Made by a program: the position numbers and the translations under genes. This document shows, in pieces, positions 9,045-19,555 of a DNA stretch of 64,000 nt. Every line of letters starts with the position of its first letter. The first letter of the stretch is position 1. This DNA is from an uncultured Methanosarcinaceae archaeon (GTDB lineage: Archaea > Halobacteriota > Methanosarcinia > Methanosarcinales > Methanosarcinaceae). The notes beneath the pieces are model-generated. The model was given only the letters and a program-made list of their open reading frames with translations, made no database searches and had not been told where the DNA came from. The DNA lies in the NCBI GenBank assembly GCA_963847185.1, contig CAWJYV010000008.1, positions 1-64,000 of the forward strand, read 5' to 3'.

Positions 9045-9887
9045 TCAAGCCTGTAGAGCCTCCAAAACAACTTTTTTCATTAGTTCTACTGGAGGTTCCG
9101 TTCCTGTCCAGAGCTTGAAAGCTTCTGCTCCCTGGTAGACAAGCATCAAGACTCCACTTACGGTTTTTGCACCTGCGGCTTTTGCTTCTTTTAAAAGTCT
9201 GGTTTCCAGGGGGTTGTAGACAATATCAAAAACAGTAAGGTCAGGGTGAAGATCTTCTGCTGTAGCAATAGTGGCTTCTGTATTAGGGTGCATTCCCAGA
9301 GTCGTAGTGTTAACAAAAACATCTGCCTCCTTCAGAAGGCCTTTTAATTCTGAGAGTCCAGTTCCCTTTATCTTTCCTGAAAGAGCTACACCAGAGATAT
9401 CCTTTGCAAGTTCAATTGCTCTCTCTTCGGTTCTATTTATTATTGTGATATCAGCACCATAGGCTGCAAGCTGGAAAGCAATCGCTCTTGATGCTCCACC
9501 TGCTCCTGCAACAACTATATTAGACCCCTCGATTTCCACTCCAGCATCAAGGAGTGCCTGTTTTGCTCCCAATCCATCAGTATTATGTCCCGTAATTTCT
9601 CCGTTTTTCCAGAAAGCAATGGTATTGATGGCTCCTATCTTTTCTGCCAGCAGATCAGGTTTGATACAATCCAGTTTCAAAGCTGTCTCTTTTAAGGGTA
9701 CGGTCAGATTTAGCCCTCCAAATCCCATGGCTTCAGCTCCAAGAATTGCTTTTTCCAGCTTTTCCGGCCTGACCCTGAAAGCATGGTAGACGCAGTCCAT
9801 CCCAAGAGCTGAAAATGCAGCATTATGCATTGCCGGGGAAAGGGAATGGCTTATAGGATCTCCAAATACTCCAAAAACTTGTTTCAT
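9045..9887 (-). CDS. aroE: shikimate dehydrogenase
   Basis: HSLSPAMHN, NLTVPLK, NTDG, GAGGA, DIVYNP. Confidence 0.96.
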   Translation of the reverse strand: MKQVFGVFGDPISHSLSPAMHNAAFSALGMDCVYHAFRVRPEKLEKAILGAEAMGFGGLNLTVPLKETALKLDCIKPDLLAEKIGAINTIAFWKNGEITGHNTDGLGAKQALLDAGVEIEGSNIVVAGAGGASRAIAFQLAAYGADITIINRTEERAIELAKDISGVALSGKIKGTGLSELKGLLKEADVFVNTTTLGMHPNTEATIATAEDLHPDLTVFDIVYNPLETRLLKEAKAAGAKTVSGVLMLVYQGAEAFKLWTGTEPPVELMKKVVLEALQA

Positions 9888-10612
9888 TCGAGCAGCTCCA
9901 TTATCTTCTTTACTTCATTTATCGGAAGCTGGCCAGGAGCTGCAGACATTGTACTTTCAATAGAAGCATAAGTCAGGACAGAACCGTAAAAAGGAGCAAT
10001 TACCCGTGTATGTTTTCCGGTCTTTCCCATCGCGATTGTGCATACTGCCTCTCCTGCTTCCCTGGCATCCAGTGTAAGTTTTAGAAGGTCAAGTACATTC
10101 CTCATCGAATGAGACATGACTGCAAGTTTGGCAATATCTGCTCCTGCCAGAAATGCCTCTTTGAGAGTTGTTTTCATTTCCTCAAAATAAGGAGTTTTTA
10201 AAAAATCATGGGAGGAAACGATTACGGATTTTCCATGGATCTTTGCCGCTTTTACTACCCTGTCTCTCTCTTCTTTACCTGCAGAGAGTTCAATATCAAC
10301 TGCTTCCGGTCCGTTTTTAAGGGAAAGAAGGTCTGTAAGAAGTCCGATCCTTTCTGCTTCTTCTCCCTCCCACTTTCCTCCTTCTATGCTTGAACGATTT
10401 GTGACTATCACCGGAAGCCTTGTCTCGGATTTTATTGTCCTGATTGTTTCTGCAGCTATTTCCAGATTTTTAATTCCCAGTAAATCCAGTCGGATTTCCA
10501 GAATATCGGCTCCCATTTCGGCTGCCTTTTTTGAAGTTTCAAGGGGCTTTTCAAGGACCACTGCAACAACTGCAGCCTTTTTTTCAAGGTCAAGGGGGCC
10601 AATATGAATCAT
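9884..10612 (-). CDS. aroD: type I 3-dehydroquinate dehydratase
   Basis: EIRLD, EGG, SSHDF, DIAKLAV, APGQ. Confidence 0.95.
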   Translation of the reverse strand: MIHIGPLDLEKKAAVVAVVLEKPLETSKKAAEMGADILEIRLDLLGIKNLEIAAETIRTIKSETRLPVIVTNRSSIEGGKWEGEEAERIGLLTDLLSLKNGPEAVDIELSAGKEERDRVVKAAKIHGKSVIVSSHDFLKTPYFEEMKTTLKEAFLAGADIAKLAVMSHSMRNVLDLLKLTLDAREAGEAVCTIAMGKTGKHTRVIAPFYGSVLTYASIESTMSAAPGQLPINEVKKIMELLE

Positions 10613-10642
10613 TGCTGCTCCTGATTTCTTTTCCAGCTGACA

Positions 10643-10756
10643 GGTACTTCTTTATCTGATAGCTATTTCTTTATCTGATAGCTACTTCTTTATCTGATAG
10701 CTACTTCTTTATCTGATAGCTACTTCTTTATCTGATGGCTATTTCTTTATCTGACA
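10643..10756. repeat. 6 x 19-bp tandem repeat (GCTACTTCTTTATCTGATA)
   Basis: six contiguous near-identical units with no spacers, between aroB' and aroD. Confidence 0.95.
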
Positions 10757-10758
10757 GG

Positions 10759-11901
10759 TTACTTTTCTATAATCGTTTCTTCAATCTTCTTGCCAAAATG
10801 CCTGGCTCCTTCTTCCAGGTGAACCAGTACTTCGTCATCTTTCTTAAGTTTTGCAACTGAGATCGGAGTCCCGTCTTTTCCTACCAGCTTGATAGTTTCT
10901 GCATTTTGCAGGATTGCGGTTACGGTCCTGTCTCTGGTTTTTGCTTCAATAAGCATAAGAGGCCGGCTTTCGATCTTGACTCTGCCAACAATTCCTTCTC
11001 TCTGTTTTCCTCTTGAATCTATAATAGTTACCGTATCCCCAGTATGGAGTTCCGAAAGGTAGCGAGTTTTATCTCCTATTTTTATGTAGGAATGAACAGC
11101 ACCTGCATTTACCCTGAAGGGGCGAGCTGCCACGTAAGGGCTTTCATCGGATTCGGAATTTACCAGGAACATTCCGCTTGCCTGTGAGCCTATAAGCATT
11201 CCTTCTCCTCTCTGCATGAGGTTGCATGTGTCCACGCAGACTCTATCCCCCATTCCAAGGGTTTCGACTCTTGTCACAACTGCAGGCTCGAGCTCTACAC
11301 TTTCACTTTCCAGTTCTCTTGCAGTCTGAATCGTGTCTTTTATCTCCTGGATATTTCCACTGTCAAGAAGAACACCATCTGCTCCGATTTCAAGGGTCTG
11401 GAAAGCCAGTCTTGCTTCTTCTGCACTCCTCACTCCGAAAATGATCCTAACATTATGGCTCTGAAGCTCAGCTATCAGGTTTTCGAGAGGGATAACTTTC
11501 CAGTCAGTACCTGTTACAAGCAGGTAATCGCAGACTTTTCCCAGTTCCGCTGCAAAATGCTCATAACGTTTGTCCCTTATGACAACATATCCGCCAACCG
11601 GGATTCCTTTGTCCCTAAGGAGGGTTGCTGCGTTTACATCAAGAGAACCCGGAATTTCAAGAGGCAGGGGTTTTGTTCCGTCGCCTTCTCCTCTCTTCCC
11701 AACGACCACAATGTCAGCCCCGGACTTAGTGTCACGGGCAAAGGTTGCTACTGTAATATTTCCCAGTTCCTTAACCTTGTCTACATTTGCTGCGTTTACA
11801 AGGACGCAGTCAGCTCCTGATTCAAGGCCTGCTGTGATCCTGTCTTTCTGTTCTTCCCATCCGCCTTCATCGGCTTTTATCCAGACACTTTTCTTTTTCA
11901 A
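10759..11901 (-). CDS. aroB': 3-dehydroquinate synthase II
   Basis: DWKVIPLENLIA, GDRVCVDTC, RPFRVNAG, LQNAETI, RHFG. Confidence 0.95.
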   Translation of the reverse strand: MKKKSVWIKADEGGWEEQKDRITAGLESGADCVLVNAANVDKVKELGNITVATFARDTKSGADIVVVGKRGEGDGTKPLPLEIPGSLDVNAATLLRDKGIPVGGYVVIRDKRYEHFAAELGKVCDYLLVTGTDWKVIPLENLIAELQSHNVRIIFGVRSAEEARLAFQTLEIGADGVLLDSGNIQEIKDTIQTARELESESVELEPAVVTRVETLGMGDRVCVDTCNLMQRGEGMLIGSQASGMFLVNSESDESPYVAARPFRVNAGAVHSYIKIGDKTRYLSELHTGDTVTIIDSRGKQREGIVGRVKIESRPLMLIEAKTRDRTVTAILQNAETIKLVGKDGTPISVAKLKKDDEVLVHLEEGARHFGKKIEETIIEK

Positions 11902-11989
11902 GGCTTCAACCCCGATATATTTTTTAATTCCGGTCTTTTCCCTTTATCGTTTTTTTCGGGCCCTTATTTTGTTTATCAATATCTCGTTT

Positions 11990-12793
11990 TCATTTCAACT
12001 GCTCAAGGGCTTCTTCCACAGGCCTCCTATTATGCACGATTTCGCAGATAGCCCGGGTTAACCTCACAGGATCCTTGTGTTGGAAAACGTTTCTTCCGAT
12101 TGCAGCTCCTCTGGCTCCAGATTCCATTGCTCCGTCAATCATTTCCAGAAGTCCGCGGTCAGTTGAGGTTTTTGGTCCTCCTGCAATAACTACAGGGACA
12201 GGACAGCCCCTGACCACATCTCTGAAACTGTCAGGATCTCCGGTGTATACGGTTTTTACAACATCAGCCCCAAGTTCGGCTCCGATCCTTGCGGCATGTG
12301 CTACATGTACAGGGTCATGGGGATTGGTTATTTTCTTGCCTCTTGGGTACATCATGGCAAGAAGAGGCATACCCCATTCTGTACAGTCTCTGGAGATTGT
12401 TCCTAACTGTCCAAGCTGGTCTGCTTCTGTTTCAGATCCGACATTAATATGCATGGAAACGGCATCAGCTCCCATTTTAATTACTTCTTCCACTGTACAG
12501 ACCTGGACCTTGGCGTTTGGGTCAGGGCTCAGGGAAGAAGAACCACTGATATGCACTATGAGCCCGATATCATGGCCGTATCCTCTGTGGCCATATTTTA
12601 CCATGCCTTTCTGCATGAGAACTGCATTTGCTCCACCTTCGGCAACCCTATTAACTGTATCGGTGATATTGATTAGACCTTCAATAGGCCCGTCTGAGAT
12701 CCCATGATCCATGGGAATAATGACCATGTTTCTGCTTTCCCGATTCATCAGCCTTTCGATACGTATTTTTTTTCCAATTTCTGACATTTTCAT
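11990..12793 (-). CDS. aroA': 2-amino-3,7-dideoxy-D-threo-hept-6-ulosonate synthase
   Basis: DhnA-type aldolase ([29 protein letters not shown]) next to aroB'. Confidence 0.93.
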   Translation of the reverse strand: MKMSEIGKKIRIERLMNRESRNMVIIPMDHGISDGPIEGLINITDTVNRVAEGGANAVLMQKGMVKYGHRGYGHDIGLIVHISGSSSLSPDPNAKVQVCTVEEVIKMGADAVSMHINVGSETEADQLGQLGTISRDCTEWGMPLLAMMYPRGKKITNPHDPVHVAHAARIGAELGADVVKTVYTGDPDSFRDVVRGCPVPVVIAGGPKTSTDRGLLEMIDGAMESGARGAAIGRNVFQHKDPVRLTRAICEIVHNRRPVEEALEQLK

Positions 12794-12854
12794 TCCCCTA
12801 AATTCTCAATTATTTTAGTTGATGTATGCAATTATAGTTATTACAGTTAACTTG

Positions 12855-12896
12855 CGTGCTAGTATGTAGCATACTAACACGTTACACATATTTATA
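12855..12896 (-). promoter_or_regulatory. aro operon promoter with inverted repeat
   Basis: minus-strand TATAAATA at 12889-12896; CGTGCTAGTATG-TAG-CATACTAACACG (11/12 dyad) at 12855-12881. Confidence 0.55.
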
Positions 12897-13205
12897 GATA
12901 TTCCATTAAACTGTGACTTCAGTTATACTCTAATTCTAATGAATAGCTTTGAACTTTTCTGTACAATAATGATCTTTGATGATCACAATTTTCAGTCTTT
13001 TTTATATTTGTCGTCTCTTATCTGAAAAATCTGAAAATATAATCTGTTTTGCAGGAATTAAATTCTGATTTAAAGTCTCTAGCTTTCGAAACATGGTACA
13101 GACTTCGATCAGGAAAAGATACAAGAATTAAAATAGGATAAGATTGGCTAATACAATAAACTCATAGCTTTAGAATACTAATACTAAACAGAAGCGGACG
13201 GAATT

Positions 13206-13778
13206 ATGAGAGAACTGAAAATTCTTGTTGTTAACAACTACGGACAATTCTGCCATCTTATTCACCGGGCTGTTCGGGATCTTGACATGGATACAAAGAT
13301 TATTCCCAACACAACGCCTATCGAGGATATTCTGGCAGAAGAGCCTGATGGGCTGATCCTGAGCGGAGGGCCAGAAATGGATCGTGCAGGCTTATGTTTT
13401 GACTATGCCCGGGAAATTGACCTTCCTATCCTTGGAATCTGCCTCGGGCATCAGGCAATTGCCCTGGCTTATGGAGGGCATGTGCATGCCGGGTTAAAAG
13501 GAGGGTATGCAGAAGTTGAGATAGAGGTGCTTGAGGAAGATGATATCCTCCGTGGGCTCGGTCCAAAAACAACGGTATGGGCCTCGCATGCGGATGAGGT
13601 TGCCATCCTTCCTGAAGGTTTTATTCACCTTGCCCGCTCGGATATCTGTGAGATTGAATCTATGCGCCATCCTACAAAACCAATTTATGGCGTTCAGTGG
13701 CATCCCGAGGTTTCGCACACTGAAAAGGGCGAAGAACTGCTTATGAACTTCTTTGAGGTTTGTGGTCAGTATAAATAA
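13206..13778 (+). CDS. guaAA: GMP synthase glutaminase subunit A
   Basis: SGGP, GICLGHQ, SHADEV, QWHPEV. Confidence 0.95.
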   Translation: MRELKILVVNNYGQFCHLIHRAVRDLDMDTKIIPNTTPIEDILAEEPDGLILSGGPEMDRAGLCFDYAREIDLPILGICLGHQAIALAYGGHVHAGLKGGYAEVEIEVLEEDDILRGLGPKTTVWASHADEVAILPEGFIHLARSDICEIESMRHPTKPIYGVQWHPEVSHTEKGEELLMNFFEVCGQYK

Positions 13779-13800
13779 TTCAAAATAATTTCGGGATGGA

Positions 13801-15132
13801 TTACATCCCCATTTTTTTCTTCATCATCTTCTGAATATTGAATTTTCCACCTCTGAACCCCTTCAAGGCTGTCTGCATGGTTTTGTGGTATTTCAGAAGT
13901 TCTCTTACTTCCTCAGGGCTGCAGCCAGAACCTCTTGATATCCTTTTAATCCGTGAACCTCCAATGAGCTTGGGATCAGTCAGTTCCTCTTCTGTCATTG
14001 AGTCCATGATGACCTTATAATTTTTCATCTTGTCACTGGTAGCCTGGAACATTTCGTCTGAGAGTTTCATACCTCCCATACCTCCCATTCCCATAGGCAG
14101 CATTGACATTATCTGTTTGAGAGGTCCCATCTTGTTCATAGCTTCAAGCTGCTTGTACATGTCCTTGAGGGTGAAGCGGCCCTGCATGAGAGCATCCACA
14201 TTTACGTCTTCTTCGCTCAGGCTCTCTTCAGCCTTTTCGATCAGGCTTTTAATATCTCCCATGCCAAGGAGTCTTGAAATGAACCTATCGGCTTCGAACT
14301 TTTCCAAATCTTCAGGAGTTTCTCCAACGCCAATAAAAGCTATAGGAGCTTTTGTTTCTGAAACAGCTGAAAGGGCTCCACCGCCTTTTGCCGTACCATC
14401 CAGCTTCGTTATAATAACGCCTGTAATTCCTACTGAATCATTGAAAGCATGAGCCTGCTGGCTTGCCTGCTGTCCTATACCCGCATCAAGAACCATGAAC
14501 TTATGGTCTGGCTTTGCAACAGCATGGATTCTCTCCATCTCGTCTATCAGGTCTGCTTCAAGGGCGTGTCTGCCTGCAGTGTCCACTATTTTTATATCGT
14601 ATTTTTCAAGGGCTTTAAGCCCGTTTCTGGTAATCTCAACAGCATCAGGATTTCCTTCTTCCCCATAAAAAGCGACATTGAGTTTTTCACAAAGAGTTTT
14701 AAGCTGGTGGTAAGCTCCAGGACGGAAAGTATCTGCAGCAATAACTCCTGCCTTGAGTCCTTTTCTCTGGAAGTAACGGGCAAGTTTTGCAGTACTTGTA
14801 GTTTTTCCGCTTCCCTGCAACCCTACCATCATAATTGTCTGGGGTTTGAGCTGGATCTCGGCTCCCTTTCCGATAATCTCCATCAGTTCCTGATAAACAA
14901 TGCGGATTACGTGCTCCCTTGGATTCATACCTGCAGGAGGGTCTTCTTTCATTGCACGTTCTTTAATTCTCTGGGACATTCCCATTACAAGTTTTACATT
15001 CACGTCGGCCTGGAGCAGGGCCCGCTGGATATCTTTTACTACTTCGTTGACCGTGCGCTCATCAATTCTCCCCGCGCCGATCAGCTTCTTGAGTGCCCCC
15101 TGTAAGGAGTCTCCTAGTTTTTCCATTACCAT
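13801..15132 (-). CDS. srp54: signal recognition particle protein Srp54
   Basis: [19 protein letters not shown], Met-rich M domain. Confidence 0.98.
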   Translation of the reverse strand: MVMEKLGDSLQGALKKLIGAGRIDERTVNEVVKDIQRALLQADVNVKLVMGMSQRIKERAMKEDPPAGMNPREHVIRIVYQELMEIIGKGAEIQLKPQTIMMVGLQGSGKTTSTAKLARYFQRKGLKAGVIAADTFRPGAYHQLKTLCEKLNVAFYGEEGNPDAVEITRNGLKALEKYDIKIVDTAGRHALEADLIDEMERIHAVAKPDHKFMVLDAGIGQQASQQAHAFNDSVGITGVIITKLDGTAKGGGALSAVSETKAPIAFIGVGETPEDLEKFEADRFISRLLGMGDIKSLIEKAEESLSEEDVNVDALMQGRFTLKDMYKQLEAMNKMGPLKQIMSMLPMGMGGMGGMKLSDEMFQATSDKMKNYKVIMDSMTEEELTDPKLIGGSRIKRISRGSGCSPEEVRELLKYHKTMQTALKGFRGGKFNIQKMMKKKMGM

Positions 15133-15461
15133 ATAATGATCTTCCTGCTGAGTTTTGAGGATGGATAAAAAGATAATTTATACTTCTTTGATAATCTGTA
15201 CTTTTTCTAATTCTGTCACCTGATGCAAGAATATAATACTTTTCTTGAATTATTTTAACCTTCTATAAGAAAGTGATCTTTGCTTAATAAGCCTTTGAGT
15301 TTCTCTACTTAAAAATATAAAGCGGATTGAGTTAGGTGAATTAGAATTCTCTGGATATAAGTGAATTGAATATAAAAAGGGCAAAATCCAAAACTGAGAC
15401 AACATATAATTATAAATATGGAGATAAATCATTGAAACCGATTCAAAAGCAGATTTCTTGA

Positions 15462-15536
15462 TAGCGGGGGATGGATTCGAACCATCGGTCTACGGGTTAT
15501 GAGCCCGTCGGGATCTCCTGGCTACCCCACCCCGCT
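15462..15536 (-). tRNA. initiator tRNA-Met(CAT) copy 2
   Basis: A1-U72, anticodon arm ACGGG-CTCATAA-CCCGT with three G-C pairs, TTCGAAT loop. Confidence 0.96.
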
Positions 15537-15583
15537 AAAGCGTTGACGTACTAATTGAGAAAACTGATCTAAAAAAGTTTTCA

Positions 15584-15658
15584 TAGCGGGGGATGGATTC
15601 GAACCATCGGTCTACGGGTTATGAGCCCGTCGGGATCTCCTGGCTACCCCACCCCGCT
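15584..15658 (-). tRNA. initiator tRNA-Met(CAT) copy 1
   Basis: identical to 15462..15536; GAAAAGTATATAAAC promoter near 15720-15734 on the minus strand. Confidence 0.96.
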
Positions 15659-15901
15659 ACAGGGTCTTTATAGATCAGGCCTCTTTGCCTGAGACAGCTA
15701 TCAGAACATGATAACGATAGTTTATATACTTTTCGCCATGTCTTTTATTCTCTAGCATTAAGGAAATTAAAAATTTATTAATAGAGTTCATTAACTTTAT
15801 TATAATTTGTCAGATTTTTTTGCTATCTTTCATATCTGTTATTTTCCCAGCTTAGTAGTTTTCAGGAAATTTATTTGAAATCCTGAGTCTTAAAGCATAT
15901 T

Positions 15902-16093
15902 ATGACAAAATGTTTATTTTGCGGAGCTTACTGTGAAGTGGAGTGTGGAGCTTACTGCGAAGGTTACCCTGAAAGCCGGGGAGAAAAAGAAAGAAAAGAA
16001 AATGCAGAGATTCTTGGATGTACACAAATTGGCACATCCTATATCTGCGATAACTGCCTTAAAGACCTTAAAGAAGCTCTGAGCACCCGTTAA
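15902..16093 (+). CDS. small Cys-rich putative zinc-finger protein
   Basis: 63 aa, N-terminal CxxC and C-terminal CxxC, CGAYCE twice. Confidence 0.65.
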   Translation: MTKCLFCGAYCEVECGAYCEGYPESRGEKERKENAEILGCTQIGTSYICDNCLKDLKEALSTR

Positions 16094-16124
16094 ACACCGA
16101 AAAGCTCCTTCTGAGATGTAAGTT

Positions 16125-16964
16125 TCAGGCAACTTCAATGTTCAGTGTAAAATTGTCTTCCGTGCCGGTTATATTTTCCCAGGATCTCTTGTATATTCCT
16201 GTTATCTGCTGGCTGCCTTCAGCCACGGCTTTTATTTCCCACAAACGAACTCCTCCGGCACCGACAAGAGGCTGTTCATTTTCGTTTGATTCAGGCGGGT
16301 GATACTCATCAGAGAGCAGACTGAGGCCCTTGCTCAGGTTGAGTTGCCAGGAATATCCTGTAGTCGGGTTTTCCTTAAGCCTCAGGTAGAAAGTTTCCTC
16401 GTTTTCGAGGTTTATGGTTGTTCCGTTGTTGACTTCTGTTATTACCTGTTGTCTGGGTGGCATAGAACTGGGGGAATCATTTAATGCATTATCAACCGCA
16501 AGTTCGAATGATCCTGTGATTCCGTTAACATTTACTGTGTAGTTTCCAGCTTTAAGCCCCTGCACATCAAGGGGTATTGTTTCGCTGAAAGGTACTATCG
16601 CCTCTGTACAAATTGCATCTTTTGGGCGCCTGGTGCTAATATTAACATTAAAGGTATTTCCTTCTCTTTTAGTAGTTATCTCATCAATTTCAGTGCATCC
16701 GTCAGGCAGGTAACCTTCTGTTACTACCCGTATCTGTACAGGAAAAGATTCCAGTGTCATAATCTGGATACTTTCTACTGTTGCAGTGCTGTATGTATAT
16801 TCCTTCCCGTCCGTTCCCTGACTGTCGGTTGTATTATTTACAGGCTCGGTATCCGTATTGTTCTGTCCCTTATCCACGCATCCGGAAAGGGCAACTATCC
16901 AGGTCAGAAACAGGACTGCTGCGATTTTTATACATTTAATTGACTTATTTGATGCTCTTTTCAT
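16125..16964 (-). CDS. lipoprotein with C-terminal chagasin/I42 protease-inhibitor domain
   Basis: lipobox ALSGC; ENPTTGYSW, VGAGG, YKRSWE loops. Confidence 0.9.
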   Translation of the reverse strand: MKRASNKSIKCIKIAAVLFLTWIVALSGCVDKGQNNTDTEPVNNTTDSQGTDGKEYTYSTATVESIQIMTLESFPVQIRVVTEGYLPDGCTEIDEITTKREGNTFNVNISTRRPKDAICTEAIVPFSETIPLDVQGLKAGNYTVNVNGITGSFELAVDNALNDSPSSMPPRQQVITEVNNGTTINLENEETFYLRLKENPTTGYSWQLNLSKGLSLLSDEYHPPESNENEQPLVGAGGVRLWEIKAVAEGSQQITGIYKRSWENITGTEDNFTLNIEVA

Positions 16965-17135
16965 TTGGTTACCTCTAACTCCTTCTATTATATTAAGAAA
17001 AATATTTATGAAAAGATATGCCTGTTTGGATTTATCCTTTACTTAAACTTCGGTTCTGTTCGCAGTTTTGAAGAACAAGAAAGCGCTTTGTACGAATTCG
17101 CAATAGTCCGACGTAACTAATTTAGAATTAAATGT

Positions 17136-17171
17136 GAAAATGTCGAAAATGTCGAAAATGTCGAAAATGTC
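17136..17171. repeat. 4 x 9-bp tandem repeat (GAAAATGTC)
   Basis: read directly. Confidence 0.9.
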
Positions 17172-17504
17172 GAAATTAACCTTCTATTCTCATCAGAATT
17201 CGAGGTTAATCAATATATATTAGTATTTTATATTTATTTGTAGCAGCGTTAACTCCCTATCTATTATTCGTAGCTAATGTTCGTAGTCAACACTCGCGGT
17301 ATGTGATTTGTGCTCTATTAAAAAAGATCCCTCTTTCCAGGTAACCGTTGCATATTGAGTTAACTATAAAGAGTTATTTTATGGAGACTTCAATTTGAAT
17401 TCACCGATGATTGCTAAAATAGGCTCAATATATAGGTTAATAAAAGTGCGTGGTCCAGATTTTTTTATTGTTTTATCTCAAGCACGGGCTCTGATGGGAT
17501 TCTA

Positions 17505-18461
17505 TTGAGAGTTTTAGTCATTACACAGGCCATCTCTCACATTCTTGAATTCATTTTAGAATCAGGCCATGAAGTAGTGGGAATTGTTGAATCCTCTCCA
17601 TCACATGAACCAAACTCTCTCCTGAAAACATCAGGAAGGTTTCTTACCAGCCTTTACTATTCATTTACTAAAAATCCTTTGAATTTGAGACTTTTTTCCA
17701 AAAAAATCGGAATACCTTATTATTATTTTAAAAAAGGAGATCATGAGGGTCTGGAGGCGTGGGTAAAAAGTTTAGATCCTGACCTGATTCTCGTCTACTC
17801 TATGTCTCATCTCTTAAAGGAAAATGTTTTCAGCATTCCTAAGTTTGGAACTGTTAATCTACATTACTCGTATCTGCCGGAATATCGAGGCCCAGCTCCG
17901 CTTTTCTGGGAGTATTATGATTATGTTCTCAATCCAGGAGTAACTCTAAATTATATGGGTAAAGGAGAAGATACCGGCGATATCATTTACCAGGAACGGT
18001 TTCTCATAAACTCAGGGGAGAAAATTGAGGAGGTAAATCAAAAGCTATCTTTTATGGGTTCAAAATTGATTTCAAAGATGATGGAGAATCTTGAGACAGG
18101 AAATGTCCCGAGAATAAAGCAACCCTTTTCCATCCCAACTATTAGAGCCAGAAAAATCAAACCTGAAGAATATTCTGGACTTATAAGATGGGGTGAATGG
18201 GATATTGAGAGAGTATTTCATTTTTTAAACGGCAGTTCAAAGTATCATTCCTCTCTACTGAATGAAAGTGGGTTTTATAAATTTATGTTCAGAATCAAAA
18301 TTCTGGACAGAGAAAAGTGTAACACATCAGGATACAAAATCGGGGCTCTTTACAGAGAAGATTCAAAATATTTTTTTGCTTGTAAAGATGGAAAGATCCA
18401 TGTTGATATCAGACCCTCTGCTGAGAATTTCGTTGAATGGCTTTGTCCTTTATTCTCTTAG
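17505..18461 (+). CDS. formyltransferase-family protein (Fmt-like)
   Basis: NLHYSYLPEYRGPAP and EDTGDI catalytic motifs; TTG start. Confidence 0.88.
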   Translation: MRVLVITQAISHILEFILESGHEVVGIVESSPSHEPNSLLKTSGRFLTSLYYSFTKNPLNLRLFSKKIGIPYYYFKKGDHEGLEAWVKSLDPDLILVYSMSHLLKENVFSIPKFGTVNLHYSYLPEYRGPAPLFWEYYDYVLNPGVTLNYMGKGEDTGDIIYQERFLINSGEKIEEVNQKLSFMGSKLISKMMENLETGNVPRIKQPFSIPTIRARKIKPEEYSGLIRWGEWDIERVFHFLNGSSKYHSSLLNESGFYKFMFRIKILDREKCNTSGYKIGALYREDSKYFFACKDGKIHVDIRPSAENFVEWLCPLFS

Positions 18462-18483
18462 CCTTGCCCCTATATTCTCTGAG

Positions 18484-19260
18484 TTATACTTTCTGAGCTT
18501 TATTTTTGTAATAAAGGATAAGATCTTCAGCCCATTTCATGGGTATAAGGTCAAAACCTATAATTGTCTCCTGGTCAAAGGCTCCTTTCGAAGTAAGAAA
18601 GTTAACGCTCATGAATAACTCGGTTTTAATCAGCATGGATATTTTTATCTCATCAACACAGATAAAAAGTCGCTTTTTTTCTTTTGTCAGATAATGTTTC
18701 AGCTCTCTCTCGAAATCGGTTTTCAATCTGTCGTAAATTTTTTGTGTCACTATCAGGGTTATTTCAGTGTCATCGTCTTCATTATCTAAAAACAGCTCGG
18801 GAAATACAGGATGAAATATTGATGAAAAAGTGAGGATACTCCTTGATTTTCTCATGTTTTCCAGAAATAAGGTTGGAGGTTCAAAAATGTTACCCGGGTC
18901 AGGTTTAATCAAAGAACAGGATTTTAACTCATTAAGCCTTTCAAGGAAAGATGCAGGCAAATCACTAAGGTCGCGTTCCTGCCAATAATATGGGTTTTCC
19001 TCAATAACCTTAAGAGTGTCGAGCAAAGGCTCCATTTTTTCTACAAGAATTTCCGCAAGAGGGGTAAGTCTGTATTCTTTATCTTCCTGAATAACCAGAT
19101 GTTCCTCCTTCAATTTTTTGATTTGAGGAAGCATTCCTGTAGGTTTTACATCCAGAATATTTACAATTTCTTCTATTGTTCTCCCTCCACTTTTAAGCAG
19201 GAGCAAAAGGTCTTTTCTTTTCTGGGACATAAAAAGAAGGTCTATCAGAGCTTTGTCCAT
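18484..19260 (-). CDS. winged-helix transcriptional regulator (ArsR-like N-terminus, Methanosarcina-expanded family)
   Basis: 'SQKRKDLLLLL...PQIKKLKE..L..Y.LT' wHTH followed by a probable sensor domain. Confidence 0.85.
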   Translation of the reverse strand: MDKALIDLLFMSQKRKDLLLLLKSGGRTIEEIVNILDVKPTGMLPQIKKLKEEHLVIQEDKEYRLTPLAEILVEKMEPLLDTLKVIEENPYYWQERDLSDLPASFLERLNELKSCSLIKPDPGNIFEPPTLFLENMRKSRSILTFSSIFHPVFPELFLDNEDDDTEITLIVTQKIYDRLKTDFERELKHYLTKEKKRLFICVDEIKISMLIKTELFMSVNFLTSKGAFDQETIIGFDLIPMKWAEDLILYYKNKAQKV

Positions 19261-19555
19261 TGATCTCACTTTCCGGGTTTCACATTAATATGGGGATTTG
19301 TTTTTCTATATTTTCAGGAAGAATTCTTAAAGAGCCTCTATTTCTGAGGTAGTAACTTGATGATTTTAAAAACTTTACTTTAATTGCATTAACAAGAATA
19401 CTTATATTTTCACTGTACAATTTAAATATCTCTCCTTTTATCTTTTCCTATGTATTCTTTTACAAAAAGAAACCTTAAAGTCTATGGTCTAAGTTATATT
19501 GCTCGAAAATGAAGTCTGGAAAATGCATGCTCCTGAAAAGTGAGGGTCCTGCCAT

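Noticed and set aside
10643-10756. CRISPR array
   Set aside because: Units are contiguous with no unique spacers and no cas genes; it is a simple VNTR
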